From Oopsacas minuta (taxonomy: Eukaryota > Animalia > Porifera), in contig JAKMXF010000069.1 in the NCBI GenBank assembly GCA_024704765.1, forward strand, positions 1-37,586: a DNA stretch of 37,586 nucleotides, written 5' to 3'. The notes under the pieces are model-generated. The model was given only the letters and a program-made list of their open reading frames with translations. It was not told the origin of the DNA and made no database searches. Shown here in pieces: positions 22,051-35,400 of the stretch; the stretch's first letter is position 1; every line of letters starts with the position of its first letter. The position numbers were made by a program, and so were the translations under genes.

Positions 22051-23361
22051 CAGGATGGCCCCAAAGTTCTGTCCCATCTTTTATAATACAAGGAAATGAA
22101 GATACTAGATTCACTATACATGATTTAATATTGTAATCGAACCAATTGAGTCAGTAATACAAATATTACTAAGCATATCCCTGGTTCACTTCCTCTAGCA
22201 CTTAGTTAAGCTAATTAAAGTCGAGAGAGCAGGAATTATTCGGTTATTTGAAAATGGTAAGGCTCCAGGACAAATTTTAAAGTTGCTCAATATGCCCAGG
22301 AGTCGACGGAAGTTTGTATATAGGATGATCTTGAGGTACAAGCAAACAGGGGGAGTAAAGGACAAGGCTAGATCCGGTCGTCCTTCCTCAGTTACGACTC
22401 CCAAGCTTCACAAGAGGGTACGGGAGCGAATCCGATGTAACCCGCGTCGATCCATGAGGAGGAAGGCTGTAGATCTTCAGGTGTCACGCCATTCCATACA
22501 AAACGTCATGAATACTAAGCTGGGAATGTATTCCTTCAAAAGAAAAAAGGTCCATCATCTAACAGACCAAGTTAAGCAAAAACGAATGTCTAAATGTAAA
22601 GGGTTGCTTGAGCGGCACGCAAATCACGGTCTCGAAACGATTTTGTTTTCCGATGAGAAGATATTCACTATTCAGGAGGTTACAAACTCTCAAAATGAGA
22701 GGATCATATCGGCAACGCGTTCTAGTATCCCAGAAAAGTATGGATGCGTGAGTCGCATACAGAAACCTCAATCTGTGATGATATGGGCCTGGTGTCTCGG
22801 CAACTGATCGGACACCATTGTTATTTGTCCCCCTGGAGTAAAAATAAATACTACCACCTATCGGGAGCTTATCTTGTAGCCTGTATTGCAGAATCTAGGT
22901 CAAACAATGTTTAATGGAGAACCGTTTGTATTCCAGCAGGATGGAGCACCGTCTCATACCGCCAATAGTACCCAAACCTGGCTCCAACACAATTTCCAGG
23001 ATTTATTCAGAAGACAGAATGGCCTCCCTATAGTCCAGACCTGAACCCGATGGACTTTGCAAATTGGTCCATCTGGAGACCAATGCTTGCGCCCAGTCTC
23101 ATACCTCTGTCGACTGTTTGAAACTGTCTTTAACAAGGGAGTGGAACAAAATACCTCAGGAAAGCATTCGTGCCGCGGTTGGAGTGTTTGCTGGACGATT
23201 GAGAGCCGTAGTAAAAAAACGAGGAGGTTATATTGAGTAGTAAAGATATTGTATATTTCTGATAGTATTCTGTAAGACGAGTAATAATTGCCAGCCTATA
23301 GCATACAATTTAGTCAAGCTATTCCAATTTATCAATGGGACAGGACTTCAGGGCCACCCTG
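22051..23361 (+). mobile_element. maT (DD37D) element, both ends present, frameshifted transposase ending at 23240
   Basis: TIR CAGG(A/G)TGGCCC..AAGT(T/C)CTGTCCCAT with TA flanks; RSGRP, LFSDEKIF, NSQNERI, FQQDGAPSH-37-SPDLNPMDF. Confidence 0.92.
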
Positions 23362-23426
23362 TATTCCATGTTACCTAATCATCACCAACTCTGCAAAATG
23401 TTTAAATATCTACATCACAACATATA

Positions 23427-24762
23427 CTACGGGCGTTCAATAAGTAGTCGTTATTTCAAATTTTGTAAGTCGGGATATTTCGACCCAGATCAAACTGAAT
23501 GATCTAATAACAATTCATCCATTGTGAATTTAATAATGTAAAGCGTTTTTGATTCTCATTTCTCGTTCTAATATTGTACCTATTTACATTTCGACAGTTT
23601 ATTATAGGAATATTTTTAATGGCTTCAAGAAGTGCAAATTTCAAAATTGAGCAGAGAGGATATGTGAAGATCAGCACACTGCTCAAAGTGTCGCCAACAG
23701 ATGTCCATAAAGATTTGAGATGAAGTTTATAGGGATACAGCGATTCTATATTCCACTGTTGTTGATTGGGCTAGACGCTTTCGTGAAGGTACAGTGTCCA
23801 TTGAAGATAGGGCAAGAATAGGGGGACTAGTTTCCAGCGCCAGTGACAAAAATACCCTTGAGGTATCCGCGTTACTTGAAGAAGACCTTCATATCACGTT
23901 TGTGGAGATAGCTGATGCGGTTGGGATCTCAAAGGGAACTGCTCAAGCTGTTGTACATGATAATATGAAATTCAGAAAGATATGTGCTCGATGGGTGCCG
24001 CACTTACTAACTCAGGCCCAGAAAGTAAGGAGGGTCCAATGCGCTACTAAATTGCTCTCTGAGTTTGATCGAGCTGACTCTAGGAGGTTATTTGAGATAG
24101 TAAGGGTGATGAAACTTGGGTACGTTATTCTGAGCCCTTATCAAAAGAAGCAAATAAAGTATGGGTAGCAAGAGGACAGGACTCACCAATGATCCCATGA
24201 CGTGACTTTCGGGACCCGAAGGTTATGTACTGTATATTTTTTGATTCTAATGGTCCAGTATGCCAAATTTGTGTCCCCAAATACAAACAATTACAGGCTC
24301 CTTCTACACCAATGAGTGTATACCAGAGGTTGAAAAATTCTACTAAAATCGATGGCCAAGGACTGGAACTCGTAGATTGCGAATATTGCATGATGACGCC
24401 CGACCGCAAAAGACAAAGCTGGATAGAGAAAAGTTGGAAGCCATGAAGATTGTGGAGCTAGATCACCCTCCATACTCGCCAGATCTAGCTCCCTGTGGCT
24501 TTTGGTTGTTTCCAATGCTAAAGAAACATCTATCAGGTAGGAAATTCGAGAGTCGAGCTCTGATAGGTTTGGCCATTATCCAGTATATCAAAGGTGTACA
24601 ACCGAAGGATACAAAGAATATTTTTTGAGTGGATAAAAAGGCTGAAATTGGTTTTACAGCAGGAAGGGGAATACTTTGAGAAACTCCATCACTGAATACA
24701 CAATTATGCTAGAAAAATTTAAAATTATATTGTGATAACGACTGCTTATTGAACGCCCATAG
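23427..24762 (+). mobile_element. mariner (DD34D) element, pseudogenised; third catalytic D changed to G
   Basis: TIR CTA(C/T)GGGCGTTCAATAAG(T/C)AGTCGTTAT with TA TSD; WVPHLLT; HDDARPQ-34-YSPDLAPCGF. Confidence 0.93.
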
Positions 24763-25338
24763 TATATTATGTGAATTTAATTGCTGAAATTATGAATAAA
24801 AAATTTGATCGGAATCATTGGCGACTTCATCCTCTAAGAGAGGTTGTTTGCACTATACTGCTATGTTATACAATACGGCACAAGCAACTATGATGGAATA
24901 AACTTTATCTGGACTCATCCTGATCTCCAGGAAGACAGTGGAATCTTCGTTTCCAGCGCCCATTTGTCTGTTCAACAATAACTCTTGTCCTCTAATGTGC
25001 ATAGTTGTGGTTAAATTGGAGAGTGGATAGTGGTTGGCGAAAAGGAGTGAGTAAAAATGGCCTCATCATGTAACTGCTAGCTCCTAGTATATGCTCCCCT
25101 ATTGAAAAGGTATTTCAACATGCATCCCAATACCTGAAATCTTCCAAAAGCATGAATCGTGAACAAACCCAGGAAGACATGCCAATACATCCAAAATGTT
25201 CCATCCGGTTGGCAAATAGTTTGGCATTAATTGAGTTGGAAAATGTCAATTTATATAATCTGATTCATCTCCAGAGGGTCTTTGGATTCGTATAAGGCAT
25301 AATCAGAATACTGGCCAAACTTGATTGTCTAAGTTAGA

Positions 25339-25998
25339 ATGGATAAATTTCTTGTCATTATTAAATCTGAAACTCGCTTGGATTTATTGATGAGTGAAGA
25401 TCCAAATTTAGAAAAAACTGGACACTGTTTACACGCAACAGGATATTTTTGCCATCCTGGTTATCGAGGGATGACACTTTCTTTGTTCTGGAATGTCAAA
25501 AGATTGCCGAAGATGGCCTAAAGATGTTGCTTGCAAGAAGGCAAAGAGAAGGCATGAAAATATCTACAGGTGATGTTACTCAATTTATTCAACTTATGTT
25601 AGACTTCGTTAGTCTGCAAGCAGATGCTTGGACTATGAGGTTTGCTAGCAAAGACCTTATCGATACTGATCCTGTAACTTATTGGACTTCGTATATTACA
25701 ACCCCTTCATTGGTTTACCAGACAAACGGAACATCAGTGGAGGCTGTATAAATGCTGTATGATGGAATCATTTAGGATGTGGATAACAAGTGCGAGTCTA
25801 GAAAGGGCATTTAGTATGGGGAAACATTTGGGGCCACCTCAGAAAAGTCATCCAAAAGTATCGACAACTGCAAGTCACCTCCTTATAAAAACACATTATA
25901 AACTTTACAGAGAAAGGCGTGAACGATGTCCGTCCTCAAAGAGAATACCTGTAGAATTTGATTGTAGTGAGACATTAAGTGATAGAGTGGACGAGTAA
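25339..25998 (+). pseudogene. Divergent hAT-like transposase C-terminal remnant
   Basis: LHATGYFCHPGYRG, DPVTYW and TSASLERAFS resemble the hAT C-terminal/dimerisation region; broken by frameshifts; a GGTATA-rich possible end at 26340-26405. Confidence 0.5.
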
Positions 25999-26410
25999 GA
26001 TATTGTGGATTCCTCACTTGAAGAAATCAATATCAATGAAAGAGATTTTAGGCACGAATTGTGTGAGCTAAAGCTATGGAATCCAGAAGGGAGTTCTCTA
26101 CTAAGGTTTCCTTTGAAGTTGAATAAACTTGTCCCCCATTGGGTTGCCCAAGAAAAGTTGCTGACTCAGAATTTTCTAATGAAAGCTCAGAGCCAGCAGA
26201 CCTTACATATTTTTGACGTTTTGTATTTCCTAAATCTATCGTTAGACAGAACTTATATACTTTACTAAGAAGTACTAGTCTAAATTATTTATTCGTCATA
26301 AATTCGTATTATACTTTCATACATATTATTGTATTTCGATTCGGTATACCCCGTATATTTATACCATCGCTATACCAAATACCTCGATTTTACCCAATAT
26401 ACCTAGGAAA

Positions 26411-26670
26411 CTGCTGCCTTCAGCCCACCAATGGAAGTTCCTCCCAGCCCTCAGCGTGAGCAGGGCCTAGTGGAGGTGCGCAGACTAACTACCTTGCTGG
26501 GAAGCTGCCAACCAAGCGGAGGAGGTCCAATAGAGTGAACAAGCGTTGAAGACTCTAGTTGGAGATTATTATTCACCAAATCGTACTAAGATTGAGTTCT
26601 TGTAGCGTATAGCACATCATTTCAGTCTGGGAGAGGATTAACATGATAATCGAAAGTATTATCTCAAAAT
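26411..26670 (+). pseudogene. 3' fragment of a MULE related to the 4365-5783 copy
   Basis: Direct nucleotide similarity to 5550-5810, e.g. CTCAGCGTGAGCAGGGCCTAGTGGAGGTGCG and AAGCGTTGAAGACTCTAGTT. Confidence 0.9.
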
Positions 26671-26858
26671 CAAATGTATTTGAGGGATAGATACAGAGGA
26701 TTAACATCCGTTTGCAGGCTGAGAAGGTGTTTACACTTGTATCGAAGTTCGTCATAGTATGGTCTGGTGGATATATTCTGCAAATGTCGTGTAGCGAAAA
26801 AGAAATTTTCTCTACAGAACTTTCGCTACACGGCATTTCGCTACAGACAAGTTACCGG

Positions 26859-27018
26859 TATCCACTGCTACCTGTATCCACTGTTATCTGTATCCAGTGT
26901 TACTAGTATCCACTGCTACTGTTATTCACTCTCTATCCACTGCTACCGTTATCCACTGCTCCTGGATCCACTGCTATCTGCATCCATTGCTATCGGTATC
27001 CACCGCTACCGCTATCCA
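26859..27018 (+). repeat. Minisatellite of about 10 units, 16-bp consensus TATCCACTGCTAYCTG
   Basis: Read directly; one unit truncated. Confidence 0.95.
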
Positions 27019-27289
27019 AATGTCAGGTGTATAACTAGAGGTCACTACGAGTACACATACCAAATTTCGTGACTTAACTTATAAAGGTGTGTAAATTAGA
27101 GCGCAAACATATACGTATATTATATATCGCACCACAGGCATTTTGATACTGAAATGCTTAGATGTTACTAAATGAATGATAAATTACGTAAATATGAATT
27201 TTGATACTGAACCATACAAATGTTATTGACTTCATTCCAAATTAGGCACCACAAGCATTTTGATGCTAAAATATACAAATGTTGTTGAA

Positions 27290-29153
27290 TAGGCCGGATC
27301 GAGAAAAGTATAAATTGTCGCTTCAACTTCTACCTAAGGCAAAAGTTGCCTTGACTCTCTTCTAGGAAAATGCGAGACATAAATTTGAAAAATATTTCGA
27401 GTTGACCATAGCGGTTTTATTTTTGCGTGTCACTTTCCCAAACTTGGCTTTGAATTGTGCGAATTCTCTAGTTCCTTTGACTTAGCCCCTTTAGATATGT
27501 TATTTGGTAATAGTAAGTCGCATATTTGCTTCCTTATGCTGTATTAGGCTAATCTCTGTCTTCTAAGATACTCAAGTTATCATGATATTTTTTGCATATT
27601 CTATCATACCCTAATAATATTATCCACCCCCCTTTTGTTCCGAAGATTTGCAAACGCATAATTCTTACAAATAATAGCTATATCCTCACCAAACTTAGTA
27701 TAATTCTGTATCTAGATCCAAATTCATCAATATTACCATAAAGAAATTTTACCAACTTTCCTTATCTCTCTTGCTCTTGACTTAGTTACCATTTATCTAG
27801 CATGGATTTTATGGTCAATTATTGTATCTAAATAAAACTCACTCAAATGACTCATATTATAGAGTGATCATATTCCTATAATCTATGTAATTTTGAATAT
27901 AGTAGGATACACACTTAGTATTGTAGTATTTCATTCTGTTTTGGTTATCCTGGACCCATCCCAGAAAATCTACTCCCAATAAGCTAGATCTATACAACCA
28001 TTATAGTATGCTTAGAAATGAAGATTCTAAATCACCTAGAGATGATATAGCGCAAGAATTGACTGAAGTATTAGTGCGTATCTATAATTTGGCCTCCATA
28101 CCCACAAAATCAGAGCTCCAAATATAACAGTTCATCATTTCTGATATTATTAAGAGAGCTAAATACTACAGAAAAGTATCCAAAACAAGCAATACCCTCA
28201 CGTGTCCAGCCTATAATTCCGAATTCAATGTCTTGTTCATTGTCTCAAGTTACAAATGCCTAATTCAAGAAGCAAAAGTTTTGCTCTCTCAATAATATCA
28301 GAAATGGTGTACTGTTATATTTGGAGCTCTGATTTTGTGGGTATGGAAGCCAAATTATAGATACGCACTGATACTTCAGTTAATTCTTTCGCTATATCAT
28401 CTCTAGTTGATTTAGAATCTTGATTTCTAAGCATACTATAATGATTGTATAGATCTAGCTTATTGGGAGTAGATTTTCTGGGATGGGTCCAGGATAACCA
28501 AAAACAGAATGAAATACTACAATACTAAGTGTGTATCCTACTATATTCAGAATTACATAGATTATAGGAATATGATCACTCTATAATATGAGTCATTTGA
28601 ATGAGTTTTATTTAGATACAATAATTGACCATAAAATCCATGTTAGATAAATGGAAACTAAGTCAAGAGCAAGAGAGATAGGAAAGTTGGTAAAATTTCT
28701 TTATGGTAATCTATTGATGAATTTGGATCTAGATACAGAATTATACTAAGTTTGGTGTGGATATAGCTATTATTTGTAAGAATTATGCATTTGCAAATCT
28801 TCGGAACAAAAGGGGGGTGGATAATATTATTAGGGTGTGATAGAATATGCAAAAAATATCATGATAACTTGAGTATCTTTGGAGACAGAAATTAGCCTAA
28901 TACAGCATAAGAAAGCAAATATGCGACTTACTATTACCAAATAATATATCTAAAGGGGCTAAGTCAAAGGAATTAGAGAATTCGCGCAATTTAAAGCCAA
29001 GTTTGGGAAAGTGACACGCAAAAATAAAACCGCTATGGTCAACTCGAAATATTTTTCAAATTTATGTCTCGCATTTTCCTAGAAGAGAGTAAAGGCAACT
29101 TTTACCTTAGGTAAAATTGAAGAGACGATGTATACTTTTCTCGATCCGGCCTA
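27290..29153. mobile_element. Foldback element: ~870-bp inverted arms (27290-28159, 28283-29153), 123-bp spacer, 8-bp TSD
   Basis: Ends TAGGCCGGATCGAGAAAAGTATA / TATACTTTTCTCGATCCGGCCTA; TSD TTGTTGAA at 27282-27289 and 29154-29161; arms align along their full length with scattered substitutions and small indels. Confidence 0.95.
27920..28295 (+). pseudogene. N-terminal fragment of a hATm-like transposase in the left arm and spacer of the foldback
   Basis: HSVFGYPGPIPENLLP..KLDLYNHYSMLR..DDIAQELTEVLVRIYNLASIPTKSELQI..NVLFIVSSYKC; family assignment from recalled N-terminal pattern only. Confidence 0.5.
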
Positions 29154-29861
29154 TTGTTGAATGAAAGATAAAATTGTAAAATATGAATTTTGATGCTAAC
29201 TGTAGAAATATTCTTGATCAAATACTATTTTCAGAAAATGGGTATTTTGATACTGAACCAGACAAATGTAATTAAATTATTTACACATATGACACGACAG
29301 GGGCCTTATTAACTAAAATTCTTAAGTCAAATTCTTAGAATTTTGCTTAACTTTAAGTGAAATTCTTAGAATAATCCTAAGAATTCGAACAATTCTAAGA
29401 AAAATATTTAGTGAGGTAAAGAGGACACTTAACTTATAATTTATTCTACTTTTCTATGAAATGATACTCAGTACGCATTTAATAACAAAGAAGATTGTTT
29501 ATCGCTTAAGACAATATGTTTGATTATCATATCTACATGCTGTAATACCCATAGCATAAAACTTAGTCGAATTACATACCAACTATATTTAGATACTATT
29601 TCTTGACGTCACTCTGAATTGTATTATGACATCAATAAATGTATTTATGTAATTAAATTATATCTCATATATTTTGAAACGTAATAGCTTTGTATCTAAA
29701 CTAAGGTAAATAAAATCAATGTCATTTGAGTGACGTCCTGCAAAAATATACGCAATCTATGCAATTTTACCCATTTACGTATATTATCATCTTTAGTGAT
29801 AAGTATAAATAATAATAAAATGTTAGTTAATTATGACAATATCTTAACACTCGCTCTCATT

Positions 29862-30652
29862 ATGACCACTGAAAACTCGAAAACTCGTTGAAAGAATTTT
29901 ACTCAGGAGGAGATTATTCCACTCATGGATCTCATTCAAGAGAAAAATCGAAATTGTTCAGCGCTCTAACATCAACTCTGACTTTCGATGATAACAACAA
30001 AATCTGGGAAGAAATTTCAGGGAGACTGTCTGAATTACATGGGAATGTAAGGACAAGAGATGATGTTATGAAAAATGGTATAATATACTAACAAAACATA
30101 AGCCTCGTATTGTAGATAAGTTAGGATCAGCAAGAAAAACTGGAGGAGGTCCTGCAGATGCTGATTTGAATGAAATAGAAGCTAAAATCAGTAGCATCAA
30201 AGGGAAGGAAGCTTTTGAAGGCATTGAATGGGGTATCGATCTCTCTTGAATCCCAGTGTGTAGATGATGAAACTGAAAGGATGCTGATAAGCCCAGTTCC
30301 CTCTGAAGATATTGAACAAATAAAGTTTTTCCAACAAGCCCCAAGAAAACATCATCGTTTGGAAAATGACGAATTGGAATCGACAAAACGTGCAAGTTTA
30401 GAGAAAGAAGATAAGAAATTGGAGATTTTGACTAACATTGATTCTAAGCCAGAACGGCTTGAGAGTAAATTCGATCGAGTGATCCAGATTTTGCAACACA
30501 CAGCAGCGGATCAATCAAAGACACTTTCTCTTCTGATGGCTCAAACTATGCCTCCTCTGTCGCATTTTCAGACATTGCCCCTTCATTTCCTACTTCTAAT
30601 TTGTCTTCATTGTATCATTACTTTCAAAGTCAGGACTAGGATCCTTAATTAA
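29862..30652 (+). pseudogene. Harbinger Myb/SANT-like DNA-binding protein pseudogene
   Basis: KNFTQEE..LMDLI..KLFS..KIWEEIS..RTRDDVMK.W..ARKTGGGP; stops and frameshifts. Confidence 0.85.
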
Positions 30653-30723
30653 GATAATTATGTTATAAGTAAATGAGAGCCTAATTGATTCATGTGCTCA
30701 GTTAATTAATTAGACTTCCTATA

Positions 30724-31770
30724 TCATGTGAAATAATTTATAAATATATTATCTCGAACTAAAATCCCATTATCTGCATGTTCAGTGTCTTCTGTTTCGG
30801 TGTAGGGCATATCACTTTTCAATTTTTCAAAATCAATTTGGAGACCGCAATCAACACAAAAATTATGAAGTACCATGGAGGATAAGATTAGTTTGCAAAC
30901 CCTCTGGACTATAGCACAAACTGCCACCAGTCTTGTCCATTGATCTCCATCTGCTCTTCCATATTCCAAAGGTACATTCAATTGTCTTTCGAGTCTTCAG
31001 GAAAGCACGATTATACCTTCTTTCACGAGGTGTAACAGGAGATAGCAATGGAGTCATTAAATTTGGGCGCAACGGATAATCACTATCGCCGAGGAACCAT
31101 CCATCAAGAATTGGAATTTCTTTACTGGTGATCTTAAGATTGATTCCTGATTGCCTCCATATGAACGCGTCATGTGTGCTGTCTGGCCACTTCACAACTA
31201 CATCAATAAATTTGAATATATCGTCATATATCGCTTGGACGTTAATTGAATGAAAACTTTTACGATTAACATAAATTGCTTCGTTGGTGCTAGGTGCAAC
31301 AATTGGGATGTGTGTGCCGTCTATGCAACCTAATACTTTAGGAAACACGAACTTTTCATTGATCCATGCTGCATGCTCATCTGTCTAGCAGCAGTTGGAA
31401 ACAGTATATACTCTTTCGCAATTGAGTACAATGCATCTGTTACACCTCTAACACAGTTGAACACAGAGCCTGGGAAATTCCATGAGCTGATGCAACCACA
31501 GTTTGGAAACTACCAGTAGCTAGAAACTGAAGAGTGACCACTAATTGAGTTGTCACAGAAAGTGCATGAGATCGGCTTGTAGATCGAGACATGAAAGTCT
31601 CAATTTTATCATGCAATTCTAAGAACATTTCTCTTCTGATTCTATAACGAGGAATAAACTCTACATCTGTGTATGTATCAAGAGGGTTTAACCGTCACGA
31701 AATATTCTCTGGTGTCGTAAACTGCCTATTTCCAGCTCCAAAAGATCAAAAAGCGAGGCTATGAGATTAT
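30724..31770 (-). pseudogene. Harbinger (HARBI1-like) DDE transposase pseudogene
   Basis: LQFLATGSFQTVV; FPKVLGCIDGTHIPI; NRKSFHSINVQ; KWPDSTHDAFIW; FLGDSDYP; IECTFGIWKSRWR. Confidence 0.95.
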
Positions 31771-32435
31771 ACAATAGTACACAATGAGAAATGCAATGAA
31801 TATCCTTTTCTATTGGGTGTGGCAATTTCTTGTATACTATGCGCATATCTTCTCAAAAAGCGATTGAAGTCGAATGAATTGGCATAAATTTTATTAATCA
31901 AAAGCAAGAATCAATCAAGTAGAATTACCCAATTCTAAGAATATTTCTGAGAATTGCTTAATTCTAAGAATTATTCTAAGAATTATTCTTCGGATTGCGT
32001 AATTCTAAGAATTATTCTTAGAATCCGTTAAGTATAGCCAAGTTAAGAATTCTTAACGAAAACTAAGAATATTTCATGAATTCTTAGAATTATTCTTAGA
32101 AATACACTTAGAATTAAGTTAAGAATAATTCTTAGGATTTTAGTTAATAAGGCCCCTGAAATATACTTGAACAAGGAGAGGATGCTCCAGAATTGAAAAT
32201 TTTCAATTTTGAATATTTTTGACTTCAATATGCGACTTTTACTGACGCCAGTTTGATCCTAAAATAGAAAATTTTCCTTTTTGCACAATTTTCCTCCTAA
32301 TGCATGACTACCTGAAACAGCATTTAATTTTTTATATTCTTTATCCAGGGGTCATTGGTTATCGCCGATAATATAATCTCATCGCTAGTACATTTCCTTT
32401 TTCTTTCACTATTAGATTTCTTTTTTTCTTGAATA

Positions 32436-35400
32436 TGTCTTCTCATTCATCCGATAATTCTTCTACTTCCTCTTAATCCAACAAACAGAACGATCTATGG
32501 CAGTACGGAGACGACGACTCTCTTCGATACTTTTAGTTCCAGCACTGTTCCTACCCCCAGTTCCTCACAACCCACAACCACCACACCAGGTCTAACTCTA
32601 CCTATGACATCTTTTGAACTAAATTCACTGGAGTCGCAAGTGTTCTTTCCTATTTCCTCTACTATAACTGCCCCTCGTAAAAGAATGGGTCGACATTGGA
32701 AAAAATACAGATTTCGAGGCAATCAATACACCAAAATACAGCTATCCTCCTCTTCTTTAGACAATTCTACTATACTTGATACTTCTACCCAATCTATTCC
32801 TCAATCCAAGCGATACACATATAAGTTCCTCGTTGTGGTTATACCTCAAGATTCTCTGCCCCTTTTCCATATAGAAAGTATCAAGTTCTAATGAAAAGAG
32901 ATCCAGACACCACCCGGACAGTCAAAGCTTCCAAACCGTATGGGATGAGAATTTTAGACATCGGCATACCTGCTGAAGCTATGACGAAGATTCGCTGCTC
33001 CTACTGTTCAAATGATTACCTCTCGTTGTATGAGCCAGACTCCGTAGATGGTTGGCAAACGTATTTCTATATAAAGTGTGCCTCCTGTCACCACCTATAA
33101 GCAGAATTCTCTTCTTCCAAGCCCATGAACCTACCCGAGTTCACTAAATACGTCAACACTACACTACCAAAACAGGGACTCAATGAAGTAACGATGCGAT
33201 CTATACTTGCTGTACATTGTTCCGGACTTTCTTGGCGGGATCTTCCCAAATTCGCCACCGTTTTCGACATGCCCCGCCCAGTGGAACATATGCCAACACC
33301 TTACCCAACAAGATCGAGGACGTAGTTAACATTGCTTTCGAGTTATCTATGCAAGGCGCAGCAGATGAATTACACTTGAGAGTCAATTCCATTCCATCCC
33401 CTGCCCCAAACTGCATCAACACCGCCGTTAGTTTTGACAGCTCATGGAAAACAAGAGGATACTATTCAAATATCGCTATATCTGCCAGCACTAAGAAGGT
33501 TTTAGATTATGCACTACTCAATCGAACATGCGAGAAATGTAATCGGTAGTCAAGACAACGCCAAAACGAACATCCTGAAGAGTACATAAAATGGCACAAC
33601 ACCCACCAGCTATATTGTTTAAAGAACCATAGCGGGTCCAGTCAATCAATGGAAACAAGCTGCCTAAACGATTTGGGGTAGATCGACTCTAAAGCGAAAA
33701 CTGTCCTACAACACCTTTATCGGAGATGGCGACTCGAAATCTCCCACACAAGTCTGTCAAATGAATCCATACGACTCACTTCCTATTCATAAGGAAGAAT
33801 GCTTCGTACATGAGGTGAAGCGTTGAAGAAAACACTGTAGAATTAAGAAGAACACCGCAAAGCAATCATACAATATGTCCCACAATTATTGGCATTGATT
33901 TTAACTATCGATTACTTCTACCCTGTAAAATATTTATTATTTTGAACTTTATTATATCAATATACTGATGAATAAGAAAGATGTATATGCGATCCCACAA
34001 CGAATAAATTAAGATCTAATTTTTCCACCATTATAATTCAAACAGAGTTTAATTCTTTTCTCCATTGAAAGGCAGAACGGCCTAATAAATTCAGGATCGA
34101 ATGATTGCCATATCTCAATAATTCCTTTCTTCAACTGTTCTACAGTTTTTGGTGCTCGCACCATCAGTCTTCTTTTGAGTACACCCAATAGATTTTCAAT
34201 AGGAGCTAGATCAGGACTGTTGGGGGGGCCAATCAATCCTGTGGGGTACAAATTGGGACTTCCATGCTTTTGCCACTTTTCCTGTGTGCACTGGGCTATT
34301 GTCCTCTTGCAAAATCCAAACATTACCATAGAGAGCGTTAGCCTGCTCTATCAAGTATTCGTTAAGAGTAGAAATATAACGCAATTGATTAAAGTTCTCT
34401 GTAAAATACACAATGGCGTAGCCCCCATCAGAGAAATGCCACCCCAAAGATGAACTTTAGATGGATATCGATATGAAGGCAATTGAACTGGTTAACCTAT
34501 CTTTGTCCACGCTTTAACTTTTCCCGAATCGAGCCAGATTGAACATTCGTCCGTAAAAATGTTTTTGACCAATCAAACCTTTTCATATCCTTACACCAAT
34601 TGACGCGCTTTTGGACCTGAAGGTCAGTTAATGCTGGAATTCGAATCACAGGGGATTTTACGAAATTTTGTCTTTTAAGGTGACGATATACAGTACTTTT
34701 CCCGACATTCGATTGCAATCTGGTAGTCAACTGTCGTACAGACATCCTTGCATTCGATTTTAATAGAATGGATATCCTTCTCTTGTCGTTTGGTGGAATT
34801 TTCGTTGGTGGACCAGCTCCCTTTTTGTGAAAAGACATTTGTCTTTTTTATCAGCGCAATAACTCGAAACACAGTTCTGACGGGAACACCAATACGCGAG
34901 GATATGTCTTTAGCGTTGGTAATTCCCGCATTGTAAAGGGTTTGAATTTCCATTCGACGTTGTTGTTGGGTTTTCAGACCAGCCATGAATAATATCACAA
35001 TAATAGAATGCTAGCAAAAATACAACATAATTTGTGAAAAGAATTGTGAAATCTCTAATGGGTAGTGTTGAAATCAAGGGAGTCTAAACAAAATCAATAA
35101 TATATTGCATGTTTCTAATATATTCTGCTGTACATTTCGAACTGGATTACGAAAATGTCAAAGAATGGTTGGATAATATTAATTGATAACAAATCGAGAT
35201 TACTGCCAATAATTATGGGATGAACTGTACATCCAGTGCAAACTCTCAGTGCTGAAAGCTGACTATGTTTTGACAAACTACTCAACGGTTGTTCTACAAA
35301 ACAGGGGCAAGTCACCTGCACAACTCGCTAAAGGACTTAACACCTTTCTCCATCATGTCAGTGGCGACCATTCCAACTGTCCTCTCGATACTTGGTGCCG

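Larger units (their letters stand above)
27130..29275 (+). repeat. Degenerate ~58-bp tandem array (5 units, core TTTTGAT(A/G)CT(G/A)A) split by the foldback element
   Basis: Cores start at 27141, 27199, 27258, 29188 and 29245; periods 58, 59, 58 (after removing the insert and one TSD) and 57. Confidence 0.85.
29300..32156. mobile_element. PIF/Harbinger element with convergent Myb-like and transposase genes
   Basis: TIR GGGGCCTTATTAACTAAAAT at both ends; two-gene organisation; TTCTWAGAA subterminal arrays; no clean 3-bp TSD. Confidence 0.92.

Noticed and set aside
26767-27072. 101-aa ORF with repeated IHCY/RYP motifs
   Set aside because: A product of the 16-bp minisatellite; the unit is not a multiple of three
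27130-29275. Regularly spaced ~25-bp conserved cores with variable spacers, CRISPR-like at first sight
   Set aside because: Cores are degenerate, spacers resemble each other in alternation, there are no cas genes and the context is eukaryotic; it is a tandem repeat
29296-29299. 3-bp TSD for the Harbinger element
   Set aside because: Left and right flanks (ACA/TGA or GAC/GAA) do not match, so no TSD is claimed
26785-29299. TGTCGTGT...ACACGACA as TIRs of a discrete element
   Set aside because: Only 8 bp, no TSD, and the right copy abuts the Harbinger end; too weak to call
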